The notes: generated by a model from the sequence alone, not told the origin. A stretch of 51,306 nucleotides of DNA from Gammaproteobacteria bacterium (GCA_050298595.1 JBNKUM010000108.1:1-51306), one strand, 5' to 3'; shown: positions 39,567-49,668, counted from the stretch's first letter. Numbers and translations are program-made.

Positions 39567-41129
39567 ATGAATATATTAATGGTAGCAGCGGAAAATGATG
39601 CCTTAGCTGGCGGTAAGGTCGGTGGTATCGGTGATGTGGTGCGAGATATTCCGCATGCATTGGCAAACGCAGGTCATCAGGTTTCGGTTATCACACCGGG
39701 TTACGGTACTTTTTCCAGGATAGAAGGTGCGCGCTTTCAGGACCAGGTCGCTATTAGCTTTGCAGGCCACACCGAGATAGTTGATCTGTTTGAAGTTCCT
39801 TCAAGGTATCCGCAGCAAGGTGTACGTTTATGGGTAATGGAACATCCGCTGTTTAACGCAGGCGGTGTAGGCTGTATCTATTGCAATGATCCTTCTGATC
39901 GTCCATTTGCTACTGACGCGACCAAGTTCGCTCTGTTCTGTATGGCGGTGTGTCAGGCTATTATGGATTATCAATTTGGAGATCTGAACGTAATCCATCT
40001 GCACGACTGGCATTCGGCAAGTGTTGCTTTGCTACGTGCCTACGATCCACGTTATGCCCGGCTTCAGCAGCTGCATACGGTATATACCATTCATAATCTT
40101 TCATTGCAGGGTATACGTCCATTAGACGGTGATAGCTCTGCTTTACTGAGCTGGTTTCCAGATTTAACTTTTCAGCAGGAAGTGATCAATGATCCACGCG
40201 TGCCTCATTGCGTTAATTTAATGCGTTGTGGTATTAATCTAAGCGATAGAGTGCAGGCAGTATCTCCCAGTTATGCGCGGGAAATTCTACTACCAAGCCA
40301 TCCTGAGCAGGGTTTTTTCGGTGGTGAAGGTTTGCAGGAAGATTTGCATATGGCCCTGGAGCAAGGGCGTCTGCATGGCATATTAAATGGTTGTGAATAC
40401 CCAGAGCAGTCGCATACGGCTTTACCGCTGAAAAGTCTTTTACAGCTATGCGAAGATGAATTGTTGAAATGGGTCGGAATGGCAGCAGTGGTGGAAAGTG
40501 CGCATATGTTAAGCATGCATCGCCTGTACCGATTGCTAGCTTCAAAACGAAAAAAAGTGCCATTTCTAATGACATCCGTAGGACGTATAACCGAGCAAAA
40601 AGTATTGCTGTTACATCAGGTTATGCCAGGTGGCAAAACAGCCCTGGCAGAGATTCTGGAAGCATTGGGTGATCAGGGTTTATTTCTCATGCTAGGGTGT
40701 GGCGATGCTCATCTGGAACAGATTCTTACTCAGGAAGCCGCTCAGCATAGCAACTTCATCTATCTCAAGGGTTATTCAGAAGCATTACCGGATGCTTTCT
40801 ATAATTCTGGTAATCTTTTCCTGATGCCCAGTTCATTCGAGCCTTGCGGCATCAGCCAGATGCTGGCGATGCGATCAGGTCAGCCCTGCCTGGTGCATGC
40901 AGTCGGTGGTTTGTGTGACACAGTAAAGCACAATGAAACGGGTTTTGTTTTTACTGGTGCTAACCTGTTAGATCAGGCCTATCATATGATCGAAGAATTT
41001 AAACAGGCCTTGAACATGTATCATACCGATCCGGAACAATGGAAAGCTATTGCCAGCAGGGCAGCAGAACAGCGATTCTTATGGTCGGATGCAGGCGAGG
41101 AATATGCTCGTTTACTCTATTCGTATTGA
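39567..41129 (+). CDS. glgA: Glycogen synthase (long, KVGG type)
   Basis: KVGGIGDV, HLHDWH, TIHN, MPSSFEPCGISQM, VGGLCDTV. Confidence 0.9.
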   Translation: MNILMVAAENDALAGGKVGGIGDVVRDIPHALANAGHQVSVITPGYGTFSRIEGARFQDQVAISFAGHTEIVDLFEVPSRYPQQGVRLWVMEHPLFNAGGVGCIYCNDPSDRPFATDATKFALFCMAVCQAIMDYQFGDLNVIHLHDWHSASVALLRAYDPRYARLQQLHTVYTIHNLSLQGIRPLDGDSSALLSWFPDLTFQQEVINDPRVPHCVNLMRCGINLSDRVQAVSPSYAREILLPSHPEQGFFGGEGLQEDLHMALEQGRLHGILNGCEYPEQSHTALPLKSLLQLCEDELLKWVGMAAVVESAHMLSMHRLYRLLASKRKKVPFLMTSVGRITEQKVLLLHQVMPGGKTALAEILEALGDQGLFLMLGCGDAHLEQILTQEAAQHSNFIYLKGYSEALPDAFYNSGNLFLMPSSFEPCGISQMLAMRSGQPCLVHAVGGLCDTVKHNETGFVFTGANLLDQAYHMIEEFKQALNMYHTDPEQWKAIASRAAEQRFLWSDAGEEYARLLYSY

Positions 41130-41152
41130 TCACTGGTTGTTATCTCTCGCAT

Positions 41153-41713
41153 TTATTTCTCCGAACTCTGCTCATTCATCTTATTTTGTGTTTCCTTGTC
41201 TTTTGCACGATGACCTTTGTCATTGATGAGATGGATTTGACGTAGCCCCTCGCCATAAAGTTTGTAGGCCTGAGCGAACCCTCGCACATAGCTGCCTGAA
41301 TTCGGCTCAATTCGGAACAGGTGAAAATCGGTTAATGATCTGAGCATCTGTATAATAGTGCCGAAGCGTTGTTCGAACAGATCAAGAATGCGGTTAAAGT
41401 GTTCGCTGTCTCGTTCAACCTCGTTTGCAGAGCATTCAAGCGTCATGCGTTGGCGTGCGAACAGGTTCTGTGCCTGCTCCTCATTCTCTATAAACAGAAG
41501 ACTGACCTTGCCTGAGTGCATAAGGTTTTCGGTATGTCGGGCCAGTTCGCTGATATAAACATAATAGGCAGAGTCCTGGAACACATAGACAGCGTAGCTC
41601 GCATCTGGATGGCCGTCAGCACTGATGGTGGCCATCATCACCGAATTAAACTCCTCCGGAAAATGGATGTATTCTTCTCGAATGGATTCCAGGTCTATTG
41701 CGGTATCAGGCAT
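41153..41713 (-). CDS. HugZ/HutZ-like heme-binding protein (pyridoxamine 5'-phosphate oxidase-like fold)
   Basis: Start MPDTAI with GGAG RBS; PDASYA, ISELARHTENL, LFARQR, DFHLF, YVRGFAQAY. Confidence 0.82.
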   Translation of the reverse strand: MPDTAIDLESIREEYIHFPEEFNSVMMATISADGHPDASYAVYVFQDSAYYVYISELARHTENLMHSGKVSLLFIENEEQAQNLFARQRMTLECSANEVERDSEHFNRILDLFEQRFGTIIQMLRSLTDFHLFRIEPNSGSYVRGFAQAYKLYGEGLRQIHLINDKGHRAKDKETQNKMNEQSSEK

Positions 41714-42144
41714 TATTGTCTCCAAAATAAATATGCTCGCTAGCCTACCGTTATTGAGTACACAAGAAAAGCCAGATATGGCTTGCACCATAAGGTGACC
41801 AAAAGCATCAATAGTTGAACCTAGGTCTTAAGGCTTTTTTGGTGAGGTTCATCGGTATGTATGGTTTTCCTGGCGGCCTTGCTGGAAAGTGCCCATTGCA
41901 TATGGGTGAGATGAATTTCCACTCATAGATAAATACACGGTTATCAACTAGAGTTAAGAAATATGGCGTTCTAATTCACAAAGACTCAATTTAACTGTCA
42001 TAAATGTTAACAAAGAGACCCGTTTAATTATTTCTTAACGTTAGAGCAGGTATGTTTAACAGGCTGTTTGCAGGTGTGTCTGTAGAGATTGAATGATCAA
42101 AAGGTAGTCAAGAGATGAATAGACTTCATAATCCTCTGATTACT

Positions 42145-42176
42145 TTAAGTTTAATTTAACAGAGTATCCGTAAAAT
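42145..42176 (+). promoter_or_regulatory. Candidate QseB/PmrA-type direct repeat and -10 element
   Basis: TTAAG-N6-TTAAC (42145-42160) followed by TAAAAT (42171-42176) upstream of the cytochrome b gene. Confidence 0.3.
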
Positions 42177-42225
42177 ACCGCCTAAGCTATAGACGAACTT
42201 AAAACAGATATCAGATTAGAGAGTT

Positions 42226-43383
42226 ATGAATAAACAGGCATCAGAACAAAATCACGCGAAGGCGGAAGTGCAAAGTAAAATGGTATGGGATCTTCCGGTC
42301 AGGATTTTTCACTGGTCGCTGGTATTGTTATTTTTCGCTGCCTGGTTCACGGGTGAAGGTGATCGCTGGCTGGATATTCATATCTTTGCGGGTTATGCGA
42401 TTTTAGCTTTGATTGTGTTTCGTTTTGTATGGGGTTTTAGCGGCACGCATTTCGCCCGCTTTAAACAGTTTAGTTATAGCTTTAGCGAAGCATGGGATTA
42501 CGCCCTTAAAGCGTTAAAGGGCCATCCTCCTCGCTACATTGGGCATAATCCGGCGGGTAGCTGGGCGATATATCTGTTATTGCTGGGTATTTTCCTGGTT
42601 GTCTGTAGCGGTTTCTTTGTATTTGGTGCTGAAGAGGGGCATGGTCCAGCAGGTCTTTTGGCTTCTGATCCACTGGGGTGGTTAGCTAAGAATATTCACA
42701 ACGGCGTAGCAACTGCGATGATGATTCTGGTAGCTGTACATGTTGCCGGGGTTGTATTCGAAAGTTATCACCTCAAGGAAAAGCTGGTGTTGAGCATGAT
42801 AAATGGGCGTAAGCTGGTCTCGGAAAACATTCCAGAAGTTTCTCAGCGTAAGGGTGTGGCTCTGGGCATGGTGACGATATTATTGCTATATCTGCTCTCT
42901 GCAGGGATTGGCCTGATACCGGGTAAGGAGGCGTTCGAATCTCAGTTTACAGGTCAGCCACTGGCGACACTGGATGCCTGGGAAGAAGAATGTGGAAGCT
43001 GTCATCTTCCCTACCATCCAAGCCTGTTGCCTGAGCGCTCCTGGGTAGCGCTAATGAAAAAACAGAATGAGCATTTTGGTGAAGACCTGATGATAGATGG
43101 CGAAGTAATCAAGGAGTTGACTGATTTTGCGATAGCCAATTCGGCTGAGCATGGAGAGACTGAAGCAGCACGAAAAATCATGGAAGGAATCAAGCCGTCG
43201 CTGACGCCATTACGAATTAGCGAAACCCGCTACTGGCTCCATAAGCATGAGGAGATTGCTGATGAAACCTGGCAGCAAAGCAATGTGAATGGCAAAGGGC
43301 AATGTAATGCCTGCCATAGCGATGCCATGCAGGGCTGGTTTGAGGATTCAAAAATGACTATTCCTGATGCACCCCAAAAGTGA
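42226..43383 (+). CDS. Cytochrome b (Ni-hydrogenase cytb family) fused to a diheme cytochrome c (DHC) domain
   Basis: VWDLPVRIFHW, GHNPAG, TM histidines; C-terminal CGSCH...LLPERSW...HFG...CNACH. Confidence 0.88.
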   Translation: MNKQASEQNHAKAEVQSKMVWDLPVRIFHWSLVLLFFAAWFTGEGDRWLDIHIFAGYAILALIVFRFVWGFSGTHFARFKQFSYSFSEAWDYALKALKGHPPRYIGHNPAGSWAIYLLLLGIFLVVCSGFFVFGAEEGHGPAGLLASDPLGWLAKNIHNGVATAMMILVAVHVAGVVFESYHLKEKLVLSMINGRKLVSENIPEVSQRKGVALGMVTILLLYLLSAGIGLIPGKEAFESQFTGQPLATLDAWEEECGSCHLPYHPSLLPERSWVALMKKQNEHFGEDLMIDGEVIKELTDFAIANSAEHGETEAARKIMEGIKPSLTPLRISETRYWLHKHEEIADETWQQSNVNGKGQCNACHSDAMQGWFEDSKMTIPDAPQK

Positions 43384-43468
43384 TCGGTTTGACAAGCTGA
43401 TTACAAAAACGGGAATAATTAATCTGCCCTGAGAGGGGTTTTTAATACAACACTTTGGTAAGAGAGTT

Positions 43469-43951
43469 ATGATTTCACGAGCATTAAAAATAATTACTAC
43501 GGTTAGTTTACTGGTCGGACTGGCGCAGGCCAATGCTGCCACTGATCCGGGTGCAGTTATATACCACAATGAATGTAGCCAGTGTCATGTGGCTTACCCA
43601 ACGCAATTTTTGCCGACAGCCTCATGGGATGCTGTGATGAATAATCTAGCTGACCATTTTGGCGACAATGCAGAACTCAGTGCTGAAGATACTGCAGCGG
43701 TAAAGACATTCTTAGACAGGAATAACTACGATCAATCGCGTATCAAGCGCCGATATGGAAATCGTTTCGATAGCAAGGGAACAGTACTTCGTTTGACTGA
43801 GACTCGTTTTTTTCATGCCATTCATCATGAAGTACCAGACAGATTAGTCACTCAAAACCCAAAGGTAAAAACCTACGCAAAATGTGAAGCCTGTCATCGT
43901 GGTGCGCAGAATGGTAACTTTGATGAAGATGAAGTTCGCATTCCTCGCTGA
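43469..43951 (+). CDS. Diheme cytochrome c (DHC)
   Basis: Signal peptide; CSQCH..YP.QFLP..SW...DHFG; CEACH..A..GNFDE. Confidence 0.9.
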   Translation: MISRALKIITTVSLLVGLAQANAATDPGAVIYHNECSQCHVAYPTQFLPTASWDAVMNNLADHFGDNAELSAEDTAAVKTFLDRNNYDQSRIKRRYGNRFDSKGTVLRLTETRFFHAIHHEVPDRLVTQNPKVKTYAKCEACHRGAQNGNFDEDEVRIPR

Positions 43952-44004
43952 AGGCGCATAGTTTATTAAGGATTGAAAAGTCGACTCTGGGTTTATTAGA
44001 CGGC

Positions 44005-44042
44005 GACAATAGGAAAGTATAGTTTCCTATTGTCTTTATTTT
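44005..44042 (+). terminator. Rho-independent terminator
   Basis: GACAATAGGAAA-gtatag-TTTCCTATTGTC, a perfect 12-bp stem, then TTTATTTT. Confidence 0.75.
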
Positions 44043-44173
44043 AAGGACACTGCACTAGAGGCTTATAAATATCGCAAGTTACACAAGGCTTAAAGTCTTG
44101 AGCGAAATTCATGCTGTCAATTTATCATGGCTGCAGTCAAGATCTTATCAAGCTTTATAGATAAGACCTTTTA

Positions 44174-44962
44174 TTACCAACTCCGTTTGCCATTGCCATT
44201 TCCATTTCTACCATTTCCATTTCGGGCATTGCCATTTTTACTATTTCCATTTCTGCCATTCCCATTTGAAGAATTGATTATCTCCTGATATTCCGTTGGG
44301 TCCATATATTGAGGTACATAAGTCACTCCTAGACTATTAAGATTGTTAACAAAGGCTCTTAAATGGTTACGTGATCCCTTTAACAGGTTTTCATACACCA
44401 GAATAATATCATCGTTATCTACAACATGATCAATATGATTATTTATGTCAATCATATCAATTTCTTCGATGGCGGCACCGACCAGCAATGCATCTATTAA
44501 ACTGGAAGATCCAGTAGCCACTAGAGTGTCATATAAGTTTTTCAAGCTGGCATTGTTAAACTCACCTATACCGTTAACTCCAACTGGGTCATTTAAACCG
44601 TAACGGTGAATCAATTCAAGAGTGGCATCAGTGTGAGTTTTTTCACTATTGGTAATATTATAGAAAACGCGTTGTGACCATTTTTCATACAACACTGTAT
44701 AAACATCATGGGCTAACTTTTCTTCTTCGCGCATATAGATTAGACCATCGATTTCTTCCTGAGACAAATCGCCTAATGCAATGGGGTACAGAGCATTTCG
44801 TAAATATGATAATTCAAAAGTTGTGGCACTGGTATCGTTAATTGGCATGATTGAATTGGCTTGCTTAAATCTTCCTCCTGATGCTTCTCCACTGCCTGAT
44901 AGCATTAACATAGGGGCAAGAAAAACAGGTATTAAAATATTTTTCAATGATTTAGTTTTCAT
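44174..44962 (-). CDS. DUF2202 ferritin-like secreted protein with G/N-rich tail
   Basis: Signal peptide; MREEEKLAHDVY, SEKTH, GAAIEEIDM, GSRNHLRAF; C-terminal NGNGR-type repeats. Confidence 0.82.
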   Translation of the reverse strand: MKTKSLKNILIPVFLAPMLMLSGSGEASGGRFKQANSIMPINDTSATTFELSYLRNALYPIALGDLSQEEIDGLIYMREEEKLAHDVYTVLYEKWSQRVFYNITNSEKTHTDATLELIHRYGLNDPVGVNGIGEFNNASLKNLYDTLVATGSSSLIDALLVGAAIEEIDMIDINNHIDHVVDNDDIILVYENLLKGSRNHLRAFVNNLNSLGVTYVPQYMDPTEYQEIINSSNGNGRNGNSKNGNARNGNGRNGNGNGKRSW

Positions 44963-45022
44963 GGTTCAGTCTCCTGATTTAAAAAGTAAAATTGTTTAAT
45001 AAAATTTCGGTAAAGATAAGCA

Positions 45023-45037
45023 GTAAAACAATGTAAA
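45023..45037. promoter_or_regulatory. CpxR/OmpR-type direct-repeat box
   Basis: GTAAA-ACAAT-GTAAA, about 60 nt upstream of the DUF2202 start. Confidence 0.45.
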
Positions 45038-45200
45038 ATCAAAAGCTCATGACCGAAAAAATATTCATGAGTTTATGCCAAGAGTTAACATGCGTTATTC
45101 AATTGACATACTAATTATGCTATTAAACTGTTTCTAAAATATTTCACCTGCAAATAAAATTGTTACAAAATATTTCAAAATCCTGGAGCCAGGTAAGCTC

Positions 45201-45956
45201 ATGCCAGACAAAATACAATCAGCAAAAATTCTAATCGTCGATGATGATATTCAAATGCAAAAATTGCTAACCCGTTATTTGTCGGAACAAGGCTATGATG
45301 CCGAAGCAGTGGGGGATGGAAAAGAGATGGATGCCTGGTTGGAAACTCAGCAGGCAAATTTGATTATTCTCGATTTAATGTTACCCGGTGAAGATGGTTT
45401 ATCCCTTGCACGCCGTATCCGGAACCAGAGGAGCACTCCGATTATTATGCTGTCAGCACGTGGTGAAGAAATGGATAAGATCATTGGCCTGGAGGTGGGT
45501 GCAGATGATTATCTTGCTAAGCCGTTCAATCCGCGCGAATTGCTTGCACGCATTCGTGCAGTATTGCGCCGGGGATGTGATTTGACACACGGTAAGGATG
45601 GAGAGATTCCAGCTGATAATAACAACGCCAGGGTGAGTTCGAACGATAACCTGATAAAGTTTGGAGATTACAGGCTGGATAGTAAGAATCAGATTTTGTT
45701 ATGTAATAATAAGGAAGTCGATTTGACAAGTGGAGAGATGTCATTACTGATCATATTTGCCACCCATCCCTCTCGAGTTCTCAATCGTGATCAATTGATG
45801 GATATGCTTAGTGGAGGTGACTCCGACCCATTTGATCGTAGTATCGATGTACGTATCACACGCTTGCGCAGAAAAATAAATGATAGCGGTAGTAATCCAC
45901 GTTATATCCGAACTGTATGGGGGCAGGGTTATCGTTTTACCCCGGAAATAAACTGA
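45201..45956 (+). CDS. OmpR-family response regulator
   Basis: IVDDD, LDLMLPGEDG, GADDYLAKPF, DRSIDVRITRLRRK, RTVWGQGY. Confidence 0.93.
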   Translation: MPDKIQSAKILIVDDDIQMQKLLTRYLSEQGYDAEAVGDGKEMDAWLETQQANLIILDLMLPGEDGLSLARRIRNQRSTPIIMLSARGEEMDKIIGLEVGADDYLAKPFNPRELLARIRAVLRRGCDLTHGKDGEIPADNNNARVSSNDNLIKFGDYRLDSKNQILLCNNKEVDLTSGEMSLLIIFATHPSRVLNRDQLMDMLSGGDSDPFDRSIDVRITRLRRKINDSGSNPRYIRTVWGQGYRFTPEIN

Positions 45957-45967
45957 CAGGTTAGAAC

Positions 45968-47347
45968 TTGTTCAGATTACCCAACACTATATTAGTTCGC
46001 ACAGCGTCAATTTTAACACTTTCTTTATTATTGTTGGCGCTTATATTTATAGTCAATTCAGTCTATTTTGTAATAGCTCCAGTAGTGAAACGTTCGGCTG
46101 ATGATTTTGCTGCACTGCTGGTGTTGGCTGCGGAAACCTGGTATGAATTACCAGAAAATTCACGCCCTGCATTTGTCGCTGAATTAAGGAAAACACACGA
46201 TATTATTCTGACAGAAGGCGAGCCTGTTGCTATAACAGACAGCAGAATTCCATCACGTATCTATTTAAACCTGTTAAAAGAATCACTACAAACAAGAATT
46301 AAACAAAAAATTCATATCGATTTAGAGAGAGTACAAAAGCTGTCTGATCGTGTTTGGATTCATATACCAGTTGAAAATTCATTTATTCGCTTTGGTATTC
46401 CAGTAGAACGTGTTGGGGCGCGTCCTCCTGTAGCCCTTGTTTCAATAGGGTTGAGCATTTTTCTGTTTGTGATAGGAACAGCTTTAATTATTGCAAGACG
46501 ACTAACCAAACCACTGGAGATGCTATCCAAAGCTACAAGTATGGTAGGAAAAAATCAACAGGAGCTTATACCTGTAGACCGAGGAGCAGAAGAATTCAGG
46601 ACTCTGGCTCAAAATTTTAACCACATGTCTCAGGAAGTGAGAAATTTATTAGAAAACCGCACCACGCTACTGGCTGGTATCTCGCATGATTTGAGAACGC
46701 CACTGACCCGTTTAAGATTGGCTTTGGAAATTAATGCGGTATCAACTGATGCGGAGTTTAAGTATCAGTTGGAAAATAATATTGAAGAAATGGAGCAATT
46801 GCTGGGTCAATCCTTACAGCTGGCTCGCGGCATTAGTAAAGAAGAAAATGTGAAGCAGGTTGACCTTGTTAATATGATATCGACTCTGGCCTCTCAGCTG
46901 GAAGCTCAATACCAGCAGCAGAAACCTTCAGAACATGGCTGGATTTCTTTTCGGACTGATCCTGATATTACAAAAAAACAGGCCTACACCGTAGCTGAGC
47001 AAAGCCTGCTTAGAATATTGCGAAACCTACTTGAAAATGCCTTACGTTATGGTAATGATCAGCCTGTATCCATTCAGCTTGGTTTACTTCAGGGCGATCC
47101 GCTAATAACTATTATGGACAGGGGGCCGGGCATACCCGAGCAAGAGCTGGAAAACATTTTCCGACCATTTTACCGAGTAGAACAATCACGTAATATGAAA
47201 ACTGGTGGAAGCGGGCTTGGGCTTGCAATAGTGCAACAATTAACGCTTGCTTACGGCTGGAAAGTTTCCATGCACGAACGAGTTGGTGGTGGAAATGAAG
47301 CCAGGTTATGGTTAATAAAGACACCAAAAGCTGATCAGTCTGACTAG
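45968..47347 (+). CDS. EnvZ-like sensor histidine kinase
   Basis: Two TM segments, HAMP, SHDLRTPL, NLLENALRY, DRGPGI, GSGLGL. Confidence 0.93.
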   Translation: MFRLPNTILVRTASILTLSLLLLALIFIVNSVYFVIAPVVKRSADDFAALLVLAAETWYELPENSRPAFVAELRKTHDIILTEGEPVAITDSRIPSRIYLNLLKESLQTRIKQKIHIDLERVQKLSDRVWIHIPVENSFIRFGIPVERVGARPPVALVSIGLSIFLFVIGTALIIARRLTKPLEMLSKATSMVGKNQQELIPVDRGAEEFRTLAQNFNHMSQEVRNLLENRTTLLAGISHDLRTPLTRLRLALEINAVSTDAEFKYQLENNIEEMEQLLGQSLQLARGISKEENVKQVDLVNMISTLASQLEAQYQQQKPSEHGWISFRTDPDITKKQAYTVAEQSLLRILRNLLENALRYGNDQPVSIQLGLLQGDPLITIMDRGPGIPEQELENIFRPFYRVEQSRNMKTGGSGLGLAIVQQLTLAYGWKVSMHERVGGGNEARLWLIKTPKADQSD

Positions 47348-47353
47348 CAAGAT

Positions 47354-48108
47354 ATGCGCAGTGTCAATCAGAGCAACAAGCACAGCGAAGGGACAGATCG
47401 CACGCCGTCATCGGTAATCAATATGGCAGGCTAAAGTCCCGCAAGGGGAATTGTTTATCTACCCTGGTAGTAGTGTGGAATAGTGCGTGAGAAATTGTGT
47501 AGTGTAAGTTCCGCGAAGGTGAAGCTGCTGGCCTCAACGAAGTGAATCTGTATTTGCCTCGTTAACATATTGGTGATGTTGACACTCTAACTTGATGGGG
47601 GAAACTGATAATGCCCGACTGACAAAGAGAGTTTCAGGTATATCCTGCGGGATTATAGGAGCTGCATGTAGCGGAAGAATGATTGTGCAGGACGGGACGA
47701 CTAAATGGATTTTGGAGGTAGGGCTACGCAGGAGTTAAAGCTGAGGCCCAATATGGTTGTATTCACATACGAACTATTTTTTTAGCGAAACATTAAGTTA
47801 AAATGGACTGTATTGGAAGTATAAGAGGGTTATAGTACGATTGAGGATAAGCGATAACATGACGACATCCGAAGGACAGGGGGGGCTATTTTTGTTCACG
47901 CTTTTCAGGAGTAAAAGGTGTAGATGATTGCCTTCAGGTTAGAAATATAAGAAAGCTCTCAAGATCACGTCAGAGCGCTTCAAGTTTTACTTTAAAGCCA
48001 GGCGCTAACCCACTGGAAAGGTGTGTATGCTTAAGGAAGAAGAACATAGGAAAGCCATGTGGGGTGAACCGTAAGTCTGGTTTGGTGAGGGGGTGAGATC
48101 TCCTTTAT
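47354..48108 (+). pseudogene. Degenerate, internally deleted (ORF-less) group II intron, class E/F-like
   Basis: 5' ATGCG (eroded GTGCG) then AGCACAGCGAAGGGACAGATCGCACG; vestigial ORF start ATGATTGCC near 47924; domain V-like GAAAGCCATGTGGGGTGAACCGTAAGTCTGGTTTG (48050-48084) followed by GTGAGGGGG and a short domain VI-like tail. Confidence 0.7.
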
Positions 48109-48326
48109 AGGGGGCGTAGTCAGTTGGTCTGATATCATTTAGCAAGCAAAAGCCTGGTCTGTCCTGTTCATCAATTGCCCTTGCCCCGATAAGTATTTTG
48201 TTGAATTTCCAGATACTAAAGCTATATAAAGTTTGTGTGTAGCAAATATTTGAATCGGCTCACGCTTTATGGGCTATTATCAATCATAATTGTAAATAAC
48301 GATTAATTCATCATTACTTCAGCAGA

Positions 48327-49343
48327 ATGGATATGCAATCTTTCAATAGTTTGACCGACTTCAGCAGCGCAGAACTTAATGAGCTGATACAGCTCGCAAA
48401 TAGATTAGATAAAAATCCTGAGCCCCGAGCGCTTGAGGGTAAAGTCCTTTCACTGTTATTTCTAAGTCCATCATTGCGAACGCTGGCGTCATTCCAGGCT
48501 GCAATGGTTCGGTTGGGCGGTGGTACCTTTGTGATTTCACCCGAAATGTCGATTTATGGTCTTGAGTCACGCTCTGGTATTGTGATGGATGGTATCGCCG
48601 CCGAACATATACGTGAAGCCATTCCAGTCATCGCTTCTTACGGTGATGCCATAGGAATACGCGCGTTTGCTCAAAGAGAAAGCCTGGAAGATGATTTGCA
48701 AGATAAGAAGTTTAATGAACTTATTTCTCTGGTCGATAAGCCTTATATCAATATGGAGTCGGCAGTTAATCATCCCTGTCAGGGGCTGGCAGACTGGAAA
48801 ACTCTGGATGATATCAACATGCCAGCTATTGGTGGAAAACTTGTTTTGTCCTGGACCCATCATCCCAGTCCATTACCGTTGGCGGTACCGGTATCGACAC
48901 TACATTTTTCAGCGCTGCGCGGTATGGATATCACGGTGCTTCGACCTGATGGCTTTGAATTGCCAGATTCAATCATGCAGCAAACTCAACAGTTGGCAGA
49001 AGCTAATGGTGGTTCGCTTAATCAGACTAATAACCGTTCAGAGGCCATGCAGGGTGCGCATGTTGTTTATGCTAGTTCGTGGTCTTCAGCAAGGCACTAT
49101 GGGGATAAAATGAATGAGGATAAGCTTAAGCAGGGGCATGAATTTTCAGATTGGTGTATCGATGAACCGTGGTTTGCTAATGCCACAGATGAATGTCGTT
49201 TTATGCACAGCTTGCCGGTGCGTCGCGGCGTTACGGTTGAGGATGTGATTCTTGATGGCCCTAGAAGTATTGTTATTAATGAGGCGCGTAATCGAATGCT
49301 GGTACAAATGGCAGTTCTACACCAGATGTTATCCTGCAAATAA
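48327..49343 (+). CDS. argF: N-acyl-ornithine carbamoyltransferase (ArgF'; AOTCase/SOTCase clade)
   Basis: SLRT carbamoyl-phosphate site, VMDG..AEHIREA, NMESAVNHPCQGLAD, WTHHP.PLP.AV, HSLPVRRG. Confidence 0.8.
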   Translation: MDMQSFNSLTDFSSAELNELIQLANRLDKNPEPRALEGKVLSLLFLSPSLRTLASFQAAMVRLGGGTFVISPEMSIYGLESRSGIVMDGIAAEHIREAIPVIASYGDAIGIRAFAQRESLEDDLQDKKFNELISLVDKPYINMESAVNHPCQGLADWKTLDDINMPAIGGKLVLSWTHHPSPLPLAVPVSTLHFSALRGMDITVLRPDGFELPDSIMQQTQQLAEANGGSLNQTNNRSEAMQGAHVVYASSWSSARHYGDKMNEDKLKQGHEFSDWCIDEPWFANATDECRFMHSLPVRRGVTVEDVILDGPRSIVINEARNRMLVQMAVLHQMLSCK

Positions 49344-49668
49344 CAGTGGTTTCTTCAGAGGCTCTACGGGGACCGTTTGAAGATGTTTTCTGAAGAAACT
49401 GTTTGAACAGTTTTCTAAAAATTAACAGAGGTATGGTCGCCCCGTAATTTTTGATAACGACCTGTTTGGCTTAATTATCGGGTCTTCTCCATTTTTGCTT
49501 CCAAATATTATATTTACTGACTTCACTCTGAAATAAGGGCATCGCTTCTTCGGTTGCGATAACTTGCGCGATAAATTTTGAAGTTATATAAAAGTATTGT
49601 ATTTATACAACTTAAACTGATTAAGTCAAAGAGCTTATTTACCTGAAATAACACAGAAGGCTAACAAC

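Noticed and set aside
41995-42012. Pho box upstream of cytochrome b
   Set aside because: CTGTCATAAAT matches the first half only; the second repeat is poor
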